Below, piece after piece: positions 14,139-28,675 of a stretch of DNA of 64,000 bases. This DNA is from Chrysomallon squamiferum (lineage: Eukaryota > Animalia > Mollusca), in assembly GCA_012295275.1 (NCBI GenBank), contig CM022671.1, positions 35,960,001 through 36,024,000 of the forward strand, in the 5' to 3' direction. The first letter of the stretch is position 1. Each line of letters opens with the position of its first letter. The notes below the pieces were generated by a model. The model was not told the origin of the DNA and did not search any database. It was given only the letters and a program-made list of their open reading frames with translations. The position numbers and the translations under genes were made by a program.

Positions 14139-16116
14139 TTGACACTTGTAGATATGTCTGATTATTTTGAAAATACAAAAAAAGAAATTTAAATCTGCAT
14201 GATGACACAAACAAATCATATTTTAAAGTTTGATATTATGACAATTTGTTTCTAATCATGTTCCTAATTTGTTTTGAATCCATCTTTGATATAAAAAATT
14301 ACTGAGAGAGAAAAAACTGAGACTAACCCGTGTCTGACAATCATCATTTCGTAAGTCTGGATTATCTTTTCTCGGAAGAAGTCGACAAACTGCAGGTTTT
14401 TCTTCACACATTCAGCTTTCATTGCCTCCAGGAAGACTTTGTAGTCAGCCTCGGGCAGAACAAGACCAGGAAACAAGTCAGAGATGATTCCGTTAAACAG
14501 TGGGATGTCATGTGACAGAAACTTGGGCAGGTTCACGTCTATGATGGAACGCAGCAGCTGAAAAGATTGATTAAAATAGAAATATTTACAAACTTTCTTT
14601 TTTCACACACAGAGTAATATTAATTTAACTGTAAAGAGATTCAGATTATACTGCCACTGTATCAAAAATATTTCTTTTTGGACTTGTATGTTCAAAGATG
14701 TGTGTTAATTTAAATAGATTTGAAAGCACTAATACAAACAGAGGTTAACATACTAACATTTAAAGGCTGTTTAGGCTCTAGCTGTGAGAAACTGTTTTGA
14801 CTCACTGTAAAAGTTAACAGAGGAAAACATTTTGTTACAACCAAATTCACCACTTTCACACTGAAGATATTAATTTGTAATTGTTTTAATACCAAAATCT
14901 GACCCAGCTAGTAACATTCACCACATTATACACATTGTACACTCTGTTTTCATTTTAAATTTAAACACAAATTACCAGAATGTCCTCATCTTCATCAGGA
15001 AATTTCAGTTTCAAGTTTCCAGCAGCTGACAGGACAGCTTTGACAGCTCGCATGCCATAGTCGTAGTGGAACTGCGATGACAACTGTTCTGAACACAACC
15101 TGTACGTTGTTACAATCTTCACTGACAGGTTACGAGCGTTGAGGAAGCCAAACGAATAGAGAGAGATCTCTGCTATCATGGCATAGTCTGGCACCATCAT
15201 AGCCACAGTTCTGAAGAGGACTTTGAGGTTGTCAGGCAGCTCGGATCTGCCTGCGTAGCCGGGGTTCATGGTGATGCACACGTAGCAGTTGGGGTTCAGT
15301 TTGAGCTCCGTGCCCTCAAATAAAAACATGTCTGCCTTCGTCTGAATGGCTCGGATAATACACAGAATCTGAAAAATACGTTAACAATGTAGTTTAGATA
15401 GTTGTGTGTTAGATTTGTATGTAAATCTTTGTATATATCAGAGCTTATGTTTTGTTATTTTTGTATTTCTAAAAATATGTTATATGTTGGTTTGGGTTTG
15501 AATATTTGTGTGTGTGTATGCAGAAGTGCATGCTTGCATGTGTGTATGCATGTATAGGTGTATGTCTGAGAATGTGTGGTGTGTGTATGTGTGTGTGTGT
15601 GTGTGTGTGTGCATGTGTGTGTGTATGTACCTGTATATGTGAATGTTCAGATGTTTGTCTGAGAGTGTATGTTTGTGTGTGTGTTTCTGTTCATGTTATA
15701 TGTATATAGGTGTGTCTGTGAATGTGTGTAAGATTGTATTTATAAAAAAATAAATAAAAGAAGATCTATGAAGACTCACTTGCTGGGCAACCACTGACAA
15801 CACTTCTAAATCAATTCTGTTGAACTCATCAAAACATGCCCAGGCACCTGAAGACGCCAAACCTTTGAAAAACTGGAAAAACACAAAAGCAAAAGATTTA
15901 AGTCTTCTAACTACAGAATAATAATAATAATAATAATATTAATAAAAAAATTAAAAAAAGTTTAAAAATTATATTAATCCAGGAACAGTACTTTTATATT
16001 AAATGTAATAAAACTATAAATGGTTGCACATTGTTTTCACAACATAAATTAAATACAAAACTATTTAAAATAATATATAAAAAATTACATTGCAGTAATT
16101 TGAATGTATAAATGTT

Positions 16117-16156
<40 letters not shown>

Positions 16157-19100
16157 AATGAAAACAACAATCCTATCATACCTATTACAAACAGTTAGTT
16201 TAAAAATATAAGCTGAAATAAAAATATTTTACTTTTCCCATGGCGATGTAATCAAGACCATCAGAGCAGTTGAATACAACACACTGGACAGCTATAGCCT
16301 TGGCCAAATCTTTTGTTGTTTCTGTTTTTCCTGTTCCAGCTGGACCTTCAGGAGCTCCATTCAGATTGAGGTGGAAGGCACCAATAAGGGTTCTGTAACA
16401 CCTGTCAGTGAGAGGGGTGATGACAAGACGGGCGGAGTTTCCCAGGTACTCGTTACAGTAGTTGACTGTTGCATTGGTGATTCGAACCAGCATCTTACTG
16501 TCCTCCCAGTAATAGCGCAGCTGAGCCAACCACTGGAAGTCATTCTCTTTTGACACACCTACACACACAACATTTTTTTTTTTTTATATTAAATATGATA
16601 TTGATTATTTAACAAACAAGTATTTTAGTTAATGATGAAGTTAATATTTAAAAATATATATATTAAAAATGAAAATAATGATAAATAAATAACAGTACAG
16701 TCTGTGTAAAAAGAATGAAAGAGAACTATTTGAGTGTGTTATCTGTGTTGAATAAAGTTACAGAGCAACCAGTGAAATCAGAATCCCCACCGGTCATTTT
16801 TGGCACATATAAAAAATAATTAAAAAACAATCATTATAGAAAATGGGAATCTAAGAGTTCAGTGTTTCTGAAGTTTTGAAATACCTTTGTCAGCCATGTC
16901 AGTGACAACATCCCTGGCATGGACGTCAATGACGACAAGAGCTCCCAGTGTCACTCGCTGCTGCTTTGACAACTTTCCTCTCACAAGAGCAACAATTTCG
17001 TGAAGCTGAGCTTCCAGTTTGTCCCAGTATTCCCTCAGACCCTGGGGTCCGCTGCGGATTGCCTCGTGAACCTCCCTGGTCCAGTAGACTTGTGAGGCAC
17101 ACAGAACAACCTGTCCAGGCCACTCTTTCACCCACTCAGTTCGTGGTGAAATTGCATATGCCTGCAACAAAAATAAAACATGATAACACTGATCTACTGT
17201 CACAGCATCTACTTTCATATTTGTCAGTTCTTATGCTTATTATGTGTAAATCTGCATTAAAGTTGTATAAATGTGATCCTTCACAAACCTGTATGTACAG
17301 TTTGTATATCTGTATTTTCGTGATCCTACACAAACCTGTATGTTCAGTTTGTATCTCTACATGTATCTTTTTGTGTGTGTATTATATTAAACGCTGTAAT
17401 ACTTATTTTGATTGTTTCTGTGTAAGTGTGTGTGTGTCTGTATATAAAAGCTGCATCACTTGCCTCTATGGCAGCCTCTATGACGTCTCTGACAGACATC
17501 AACATCACGTCCTGTACTTGCAGCAGCCACTTCTCTACAGCTCCCCTCGCCTCTGACGTTGAAATCACCTGACTCAGCTTCACTTTCTCTCCCTCACTGG
17601 AGAACATGGCGTGGATGTCGAGTTTCGAGTCAAACTCAAGTTTGGCAATTCCCTCAAAACACTTCTTGAGATGAGGCTGAACTCGAGTGGGGTCCTTTGT
17701 CTCAGACAGAATCTCCAACATCTCGTCATTGGAAAGGAAGAAAAATCTGTCACAGTCAAGTGTTAAATGTTATTATGAAATGGATATTCTTGAAAATAAG
17801 AAAGAAACATTATAAAAGTAAATATCTAAATGAATGAATAGAGTTTGACAGGTAAAGAATTAGAGCGAATGAGAGTGTATCCTGTATTAGGTTTGTTAGA
17901 TTATTACCTTGGGAAGAACAGTCTCTTTTTCTCCAGGTAGGCGTTGAGACCTTTGTTAATTTTGTCCAGTAAACCATTGCTGTCTCTGAGCTTCTCCAGC
18001 AAACCCTGCAGTCCAGTAGCTACCATCACCTGTACATAAACAATATCCATTAATATAACATATCACATAACTTATATATACAGTGTGTATTAATATAACA
18101 TATTACATAACTTCTATATACACAATATACATTAATATAGCATATTACATAACTTGTATACATACACAGTGTGTATTAATATAACTATTAATAACTTATA
18201 TACACAATGTGTATTAATATAACATATTAGAATTGTACAATAAACAATCTGTAATAATACAACCATATTAGACCTGTAAATAAACAATATGTATTAATAT
18301 AACATATTACATAATTTGTAGAATAAACAATGCGAATATTTATTAATGCTAACTGTATATATTTATATTTTTTTTAATTCAGACTTATCTTGGATTTTCA
18401 CTTTTGATTTATTACACAGACTCACAAGTCCTGTCTGTAATTAACAGTTAATTCTACTGTTTTATTACTTCAATACGTGCAAGCTAATTACTGATATATT
18501 TTTCTGTATAATTATTAAACTGCTATTCACTGCAACCTAAAATGAAATAAATTCTTTACTTTGGGATCTTTTGCTGTGTGTTTCATGACGTCCTTCCAGT
18601 TTCTGTCCACCATCTGAAAGAGTCGGCCTTCCTCTGGCATCTGCTGCATGATGTCCTCAGAGGAGAAGATGGGTTCCAGATACAGCCACTGGGCTTGAAC
18701 TTTCAGCCACTCGTCTATTGTGTCCTGAGTGTGAATCAGCTTCTCCTCCCAGCTCTACAACAAAACAGTGACAGACAAAACCAGTGAAAAACATGGCTCA
18801 ACATATTTTAACATTTCTGGTTACTAGTTGCTTGAAATTAGTTTGTTTTGTGTTTTAACAGAATGAGAGAGGAAATCCAACAACAGAGTGGTACACAGCA
18901 GTGTGTACTAATTTGCTGATATTAGCATGAAGAGAGTGTTAGTTATGCCATAAACAAATCTAACAAGAATCATCAATAAAATATGATATAACGACATAAT
19001 CTTCAAATGAGAGAAATTTAATCTTCAGATATTTAAGTATTTACAACTCTCTCACCTTGATTTCTTTCTCAAATGGTTTGATGAAAGGAGATCCTCTCAT

Positions 19101-22100
19101 TGTCTGAGTTTTGACAATCTGGTCGTCTAGGATAGTCTGGATCTCGTCCACTGAGGCGAGGATGTGAATTCCTGAGTCTCTGTACATTATCAGGTTGAAG
19201 TCTACCTGCGCCCAGTCCTCTATCATCTTCTTTAGAGCTTTCTCCAGTGAGAATTCCTTTAATAGAAGTAAAAATAATGATAATAAAAATAGCAATAACT
19301 TTTTATTTTTGTAAACATGTTACAAAAACTACTACTAATAATAATTATAAAAATAATAACAATAAAAGCAATACATTTTTAATTTTGTAAAAACTTTATA
19401 ATTTTTTCACAAAGAATAAACAATACACAGATATAATATCAGTAGATTTATGGATGAATGGAAGAAGAAGATGGAACAGACAAAAACAGGTAAAACATTT
19501 CTAATTTAATGATTTATAAAGAGGTAACTCAATAATAAAGATTTTCATTATATATATATATGTCTTTATATAGATTGGGTACATTTTATTTTGTAAAGTA
19601 CAAATGTTACCTTTGATGCTGCTGCAGAAATTGATTCGAACTGTTCCATGTAAGGGTCAAGGTTGAGTTTGAGGACTTTTTTCAGTGTGGTTCCAGCATC
19701 TGGGGTGAGATCAAAACCAGCAATCTCCGACATCTTGGACCAGTGACGTGCTCGGATTCCAGGATTACACATGATGGAAATTACAGGAATGTATTCCTAG
19801 AAAATAACAAAACACATTCAATGTATTCCTAGAAAATAACAAAACACATTCAATGTTAACATAGAAGTACGTATTCACTGAAAGTAACAAAACAAGTGTT
19901 AGAGTTGTAACAGAAATATTTATGAGGCCAATACATATCAAGCCAAAACAAATTTTTATTTCTAACTTTACTCCTTGCAGAAAGAATCTGATTAATGTGT
20001 ATCCCCTTGCAATTATCATGGCAGAGAAATTTCAGTTTTGAGAATAATAAAAAAGAAAAAACAAAGAAAGAATACACATGGGTTGTTTTTATGAGCTGGA
20101 TGAAGATGATATGATTCTTTATGTGGCCTTCTGTGCAAAAAATACTTTTGCTGAGTTACATGAAAACGTGCATCAATTCTATTCTTCTAAATCCTCTGTG
20201 AAGTGACACATTTCTAAACTTTACCTTGAACTGTTTCATGTTATCCATGCACGTGTTGCACACATTCAGGGCCTGGGGGATGTGAAGCTCCTCCTCTTCT
20301 TCCTCCTTCACCTCCTCCCCAGAGTCCTCGGCCAGTCGCCGTTTTTTCTTCTTCTCTCTCTCGCGTTCATCCTTCTCCATCATGAGTTTTTTCACTCGCT
20401 GACTGAAGATTTTCTGAATCTTGTACGTTTCTCTCCAGTACTCATCAACCTCAGCCTCAATAGCTTCTGAGTTCAGCTCCATGAAAGCACCGTCCATCCA
20501 TCTGTGTGAGATAAATATTTTGTTATGTTCTTAATAAACAGTATATAGATGCTGTAGTTATAATAACATGGTGATTAGACATTAATTATGATGATGATGA
20601 TGAGGATGATGGTGGTGACAATGACAATAAAACAATAATAATAATGATGAAGATGGTGATAATATATTAATAATCATGATTATGATATATTAATAATAAT
20701 AATGATGATGATGATGGTGAGATGATAACAATAATAGTAATAGAAACAATAATTGTTTCTGTTACAGTATAAAATTATTTGAGAAATATACATGATCAAA
20801 ACACAGGTTTATAAAAAAAAATAAAAAAAAAATCAATATAAATATTAAATTACTTTTTCTCTGCTTTCTGCCACTTGAGAACAACATTGAAAAGTCTTTG
20901 GAATGGATCGAGAGCATTGGTGATTTCATCTACATCTGGATAGGTTGAAATTGGATATTTGTAGAGTGCTTCTTCCTGTAAATACGTTTGTTATAAAATA
21001 TAATTTCAACTCTGGTTAATCACTGTTCAGTTTCTAGATGTGAAAAGAGTTGTCATACCACAGTACAAATAAATTTACATTTATTACAGCTTGCAGAAAA
21101 TTAATAATGAACAATTAAACTTTGTCCTACTTCAACAAATGGATAGTTACAGAATGATATGCTGTACAGTTGAACTGTACAGAAATAAAGAACACTTACT
21201 TAACAGTAAACAATTGCAAGTAAAAATCATTATTTAGTTTCAACAAATTCTTTTTTTTCTTTTCTTTTTTTCCAGAGAGAGTTTTTATCATTAATGCCAA
21301 GATTTACTTTTATTGATTTGTTTCAAGTAATATTTTATCTCCAATTTTATATTTGATGTATCAAACAAAGAACATTAGTAAGATTAGAAAAAAGTGAAAC
21401 AGTCTACTCAGTTTAAAGGTACAGTTTAGTATTACTTACTTTGTTTATCCAGCTGATTAAAGGAATATCATAGTTTAATATTACTTACTTTGTTGATCCA
21501 GCTGATTAAAAGAATATCATAGTTTAATATTACTTACTTTGTTTATCCAGCTGATTAAAAGAATATCATAGTTTAATATTACTTACTTTGCTTATCCAGC
21601 TGATTAAAAGAATATCATAGTTTAATATTACTTACTTTGTTGATCCAGCTGATTAAAAGAATATCATAGTTTAATATTACTTACTTTGTTTATCCAGCTG
21701 ATTAAAAGAATATCATAGTTTAATATTACTTACTTTGCTTATCCAGCTGATTAAAAGAATATCATAGTTTAATATCACTTACTTTGTTTATCCAGCTGAT
21801 TAAAAGAATATCATAGTTTAATATTACTTACTTTGTTGATCCAGCTGATGCTCTCTGAGACCTCTCCGAGACGCTGCTGTACTTTGCGCACGTCCTGCAC
21901 ATACTGCTGCATCATGTCCAGTTCACCATAGTCGTTGAACTCATCCACACGCTGGCGTAGTCGTTCCAGCTCCAACATCACCTTCTCCCTCTTCTCCAGC
22001 AACGTCTTCTCACCCTTCTGTTTGGATGACTCAACCAGCTGAAACAACAACAGTGTTTTATAAAACCTTAACTTAGATATCTTAATAAAAACAAAAATAC

Positions 22101-23313
22101 CCTTTTATCATAAATTTAGTATTACATTATAAAATTAGAGTGATTTAATTAATTATTCTACTCTTGTTAACAATTAAAAGTTGCTGTACCTCGTCGTTTT
22201 GATCAAAGATTGGATTGATTCGTTTAGGCCAGGTGAGAACTTCGCAGTTGAGTTCAATGTCCTCTGGTGTGAACATGAAGACGTCAATGAGGTAAGCAAG
22301 TCTGTCTTTTGACTCCTGAAATCAAACAAACCAAAAACCAGTTTTAAAACCTCAGTGACAACATTTTAGGTTTTACTTGCTATACTTAAAATACATGAAA
22401 CACAACTGTAATGTATGTTTGACAATAACCACGTTAACTCAGCAAGGGATACAATTGTGCTTTTTCTTAAATAATTACATTGAAATTAAATATAGAAATT
22501 ATAACTTTAAAAATAAAAATAATAATAATAATAATAATAATAAAATTATTGTTAACAAATTGTTTGATTTTTGGTCACATTTGACTGCATTCTAAGCTAT
22601 CTGTACAGTAAGATGTGTTTTTAAACAGTGTAGTTTTGTAATTTAACAAACCTTTATTCTTTCGTTGAGAGAGACCATGCCGATGGTTCTAGCATGTGTG
22701 ACAAAGTCAACCATTTCCATGAGCTCCTCGCTGGTCTCCGGAACTCTGAGAGCTCGCTCTGATATCAGTCGAAACTCTTTACAGATACTGAAAAAGTGTT
22801 AATACAGAGTTTGAATAAAATTAAAATCAAATCAAACAAAAACAAACAAAAACAACAAAAAATTATATTTTTAATATTACTGCACTCTGAAAAGAAAGCA
22901 ATTAATAAAAACTATATGTAAGTAAGCAGGTAAATTTGATATGGAATAACTCTCGTGTCATTAGAAAGACTGTTACAGTAAGATTATATCACTGATGATT
23001 TTAGTTTGTTAACAAATGTGAGTGCAGTCCACCTTTCATTTTCTCGCCGATGGTCAGACGACACTCGACTGAGGAGCTCATTGGCCAGTCCACGGGCAGC
23101 TTCAGCCAGTCCACGCTTGAGATCCTCACAGTCCAGACGAATCATGTCAAAGTGTTCAATGCTCGGCAGACCCATGATTTCACTGGCCAGGTTACGATAC
23201 TTTTCTATTTGCTAAATTTATATAATATATATATATATTTACACACAGTTATTACTAATATATGTAATAATCATGAAAAAGTAATTAAGTAACTGTTAAA
23301 CCTTTATAAAATA

Positions 23314-23344
<31 letters not shown>

Positions 23345-24559
23345 TCATTACGAACTGTTTATGTCAGTTACAGTATTTAAAATCCACAGTTAATATGCAT
23401 TATGTGTTATAACCAATGCAGACTGATTACATCACTGTTGAAATACTTTTCTTTTTGTTAAGTTGATCTGATATATGTATATTTGTAATTATTATTACTA
23501 CATATAACATTCATAAAAAATATTGTTTCATTTGCTGAATTATTAAATATACATACATACTTTCATTGACAAAGTTTTAAAATAACATATTCTAAATATC
23601 AATATTAATACTCCTGAACGTGTTAAAATAAAATATGATATGAACATTAAACAAATATAAAAAATAAAAACAAGTAGTAAGAATAGCTTACTGTTGTGTA
23701 TTCTGCAAATGTGTGTTCTTGTTCCATATAGGCATGTATTTCTTTCAGTGCTGTGCCATCCACAATGTAGTCATAGCGATCAACTAAAATAACACATAAA
23801 GTAAATATAACTTATATGTTTATATGGTCAAATGAATAACACTGATAATTACCAACTGAAAATAACCACATATTGCTACAAATAAATAATTATAGTTCAA
23901 AATCAAATACATGACACACAGAGCAAATAAATGTTTTATTTAATAATCTTACTTAAAATTTTAATTATTGAGAAATTAATTAATTTAAACTTTATAATAG
24001 GTAAAAATCTGCATGTCAGTGTTTGTGAATTTAACAATTAAATCTGAGGATATAAAAGGATGTAATTTTTTTTTGTAAATTTATATAAACATATTTAAAT
24101 ATAAGAAAAAATATTTATGTATGGATAAAGAAAAGAGTGACAAAAACATTTATTAATGTGGCATTAATTTGTGAACAGTATACTAGATACTGTAATTCTC
24201 CAGTTTATGATTAAAATGAGAGCAGTAATACATTTCTGTAAATAAAATTCTACAAACTAATAAAATAATAAATTGAAAAACAATGTTGACATAATATATA
24301 GTTTTTGTTTGTTAAATAATTGAAAATATGAAAAGACAGTGTAATAATAATACAAACAAAATTCCTGTGAAGTTGTGAATGCATTTTCATTCTCTTTTCT
24401 TTGTGTCACATTTATACTTTGATCTTACAAGTCATTTTAAAAATGACGTGAACTAGTCTACAGTGATACTTGAATTAAGTAAAATCTTTGTGAAAATAGT
24501 GATATATTCTTAAATATTCTCTCTTTTTTCTTTTTCTCCTGTTCCTTCACTTCTTTCTC

Positions 24560-24638
<79 letters not shown>

Positions 24639-27600
24639 TTTTTTTTAATTTAAGTGAATATTGTGACATTTTTAAACTTACTTTTAGAAAAATCTCCTCT
24701 GGCTATTTTAATAACACAAATAAAAATGTATTAGCAATTCATAACTCCAGTAATAATAAACACACCTTTTATAGTTGTTCTGTTTGGTAAAATATAAAGA
24801 TTCTGAAATGTCCTTCCAAAATACAAAAACCTTCATCAAAGCTAAAAACATCAAACACAGTCTGGTAAAACAAGACACAGTGGTATTATTTAGCAGCCAA
24901 TTTTTTTTTTTTTTTTATTTATCTTATCCTCTGTCAAAGTGTTGAATGTACAAGACTGTCAGGACTTACCGAAAGACTGCAGGTGATTTGCTGGAGCCTC
25001 GAAATAGCTTTCAACAGCACTTTTCAGTTTCTGAATGGCATTGTTCATGATGTGCTGTGCAATGGTCACATCTGTGTAGGTGACTGTGTTGCCTCCAGCC
25101 AGCCAGGACTGGACAGTGGGCACATGCTGCATTGTCTTGGTGATCTGGCTGAGGACAAACATGACACTGTCAAACAGGTCTTCCACTGGGGGATAGAACT
25201 GCATCTTGTTGTCATCAAACGTCAACTCCATCTTGAGAATAGGAAGTGTTAGTCGGTTCTCTGGCTCAAACAGATTGACAAATGCCTCAATAGTCCTCAC
25301 CAGCAGATCCTTGATCTGTGTGCAAAGATAAATTTTACATAAATTACAAGCAATTTAGTAAGTGGTTAAGACATCTGTTTTAACACTCATAGGTACAGGT
25401 ATCGAATCCCAAATACTACACACAGCTACTGAAAATATCTCCTCTCTCAAACTACTCTTCTAAAATAATAAAACTGTTTTAGGAACACAATTTACAATTC
25501 TTTTTTTTTTTTTTTGATAAAGGATTTTGAAACTTCTGTGTAAATATATATATATAAAATAGTTGACTGGTTGGCCAATACTGAAAAACAATGGAAGGTT
25601 TAGTCTTCAAAAAATTCAATCAAATAAATAAATAAATAATTATAATAAAAAATAAAATAAATTAAAAACAGTTATTGTGAGGGAACAAAAAATATTATAT
25701 ATTATCCATACCAATGGAATCTTGAATATGATGTTACTATAGGTGATAAAAATAAAATATTTAAAAATAAATAAAACAAAATACAAAAAATTACATAAAG
25801 ACATTTCTGGATATGAAAATAAAGATCTACATTTAATTGTTTAACTTGTTTTTTTTTTGTGGTTTTTGTTCTTTACTTTTTGGTGTTTTTATATTTTAAA
25901 AAGCCACATAAATTATTTTTTTCCACTGAAAGCAGAGTGAAGCTGTTACCTGGTTGGAGATGAGTGTAGACACACTGTTGTAAAATGACTCCATTTTCTC
26001 AGGTTTTATGTTGGCAAAGCTGTGTTTGTCTGCAAATACATTTATCACACTCGGATGCCAACTGGAAAACAAAAAAACATTTATTATTGTCTTCATTCAT
26101 AGTATTTGTAGTTTCAGTTATTGTTATTGTTATTGTTATTGTTATCAGTGGTGGCAGAAGCATATCTTTTGCAGTTGTTTTTGTTATTATTGCTGCTCTA
26201 TTTATAGGCAAACTATCTGACAGTTTAAATAACTAAATATATAAACAAACAAACTGACTGAGATATTCAAATACTGTATTAAATGTAAAAATAATTTAAA
26301 CTTTTTACCTGTGCATCAGTTTTTCCTCTGCTTTTTCCAGATCCAACATTACATTGTTCTTCATCGATTCAAAGTCCATTGGACCATGTGCTCTGTTCAA
26401 ATAAATAAATAAGTAAATAAGTAAGTAAGTAAGTAAGTATGTAAGTAAGTAAGTATGTAAGTAAGTAAATAAATACACAAATAAATAAATAAGTAAGTAA
26501 GTAAATATATAAATAAGTAAGTAAGTAAGTAAGTAAGTAAGTGAATAAATAAATAAATACATAAATAAATAAATAATTAAGTAAATAAATAAATAAATAA
26601 ATAAATAAATTTAAAAATGTAAAACAAATTAAAATTTACATCACAATATAACATATACTGATAAAGAGGACAAACATTATCTTCAGTAACACCAGAGCAC
26701 TGTTTAGAACTGGAAATAAGTAACTGGCAGCAGCACTAAGTCAAGACATTACTGTCTGCTCTTTACATAAATAAAATTTTAAGCTGTAACAATAATTTCC
26801 ATCCACAAGCTGCTAGATGGAATCCTGTAAGCAAATTATGTTCATCCTTATTAAAATGAGTAGGTGAATAAACAAGTTAGTTTATCTGTGTCTAAAACAA
26901 ACAGTTATGTAAACTGTCACCTGTATGTTGCAACGTCAACGAGGATCATGTTGCCGAGGGTGATCTGACACATCTTCAACACTGTGCTCATGGACGGGTG
27001 CAGTATGTGCAGGTTCTCAGCAATAAACTCACAGTTTTCTACGTAGCTATCATGCCACGGTCGAGAGAAGTCCAGACCCCTGTAGTAATAAATACAGTGA
27101 AAAACACATTTTTATTTACATCAGAATATATATGTGTTATACACAGGCAAATACACACATACACAAACACACACACACACACACACGTAAACAGAGATTC
27201 ATACAAATACAGACACAAACCAAATATATATATACAAATGCACATAACAAAACAAAAATGTTGTTTCAGAATGTATATTACTTTTACACATTTGTATGAT
27301 AATATCGTATTTATTATTATTATTACTTTTTTTTTTTTTTTTCATGTTTATGTGTCAGCAACTTTGTGTTACAAATGTAAGTAATAAACACAAGTATAAA
27401 GTTTATTTACTCTGGTTCTGAAGGAGGAGGTCCAGCAACTTCATATTCCAAACCCTTCACACCGGGAGTTATCAGTACATGTTGCACTGAAATTATAATA
27501 CATACATAATTAAATAAATAAATAATAACAAACAAGGATGATAATAAAATTGCTTTATTATAGATAGATTGAAATCCAAATGTGGAACAATGTTAAAATC

Positions 27601-28282
27601 AACTGTTAAGAAACTGAAAAAAACAGTGTAAATATCTGAAGTGTAAAATAATGAAAAGCAAACTAAAATATGTAAAATATAGAAAAAACTTTAGAATAAT
27701 GTAAGATGAACTGTAAAACATGTAAAGTGAAATGTAAAACAAAGATTACCCATGGATTTCTTCATGCTGTTGGTGTAGTCTGCATGGATCTCTCCAAACA
27801 GCTCTGTGAGACAACTCTTCATGTACTGAGTGGATCTCAACTCTTCTGGGATTTTTGCCACAATGTGTGTGGCCCACTCTTTCTGCATGGGAGTTATTGG
27901 CCCACTCTCCACACATCCCTTCAGAAATGTGTAGTTGAGCTAAAAAAAAAAAACAGCAAGAATTGTCATTATAACACTGAATATAACACTGAGTACAACA
28001 ACTGTAGCTGTGTTTATAGTTTAAAGAAAGAAACAAACAAACAATGATAATTGATAGTCCTGTAATATATGAAATATCTGACTAAGTTAGTTCATTTAGT
28101 TGAACCACTCCAAAGAGTTCCAAATGACATTATGAAATTTAAACTTAAATATATAATAATGATGATGATGATGATGATGATGACAATAATAATAATGATG
28201 ATAATGATGACAATAATAATAATAATAATGATGATAATGACAATAATGATGATGATGATGATAATAATAAAAATAATAATAA

Positions 28283-28314
<32 letters not shown>

Positions 28315-28626
28315 CAACAACAACAACAAAGATGGCAACAGAAATAATAATGAGAAGAATAAATAATAACAAAACAATAACAAAAATAATAATTTATACT
28401 TTACCATTCAACTTCATAATTGTGAAACAAAAACATTTAATACTAACGAATATTTTGAGATGATAAAGCTGATGATACAAATAATTTTACTTCAAATATA
28501 ATTTTAATTTATAATATTTCAGAAACATAAAACAAAAATGCCATTTTCTTTTTTGATGTAATTTTTTTTTTTTTTTTTTTTTTTGTAATAGTTACTAATC
28601 ACAAAAGAAAAACAAAATAATAGTAA

Positions 28627-28675
<49 letters not shown>

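Noticed and set aside
16948-17556. Plus-strand ORFs of 100-200 aa antisense to dynein exons (also 2321-2614 and 10333-10680)
   Set aside because: They are antisense shadows of coding exons with no independent gene features.
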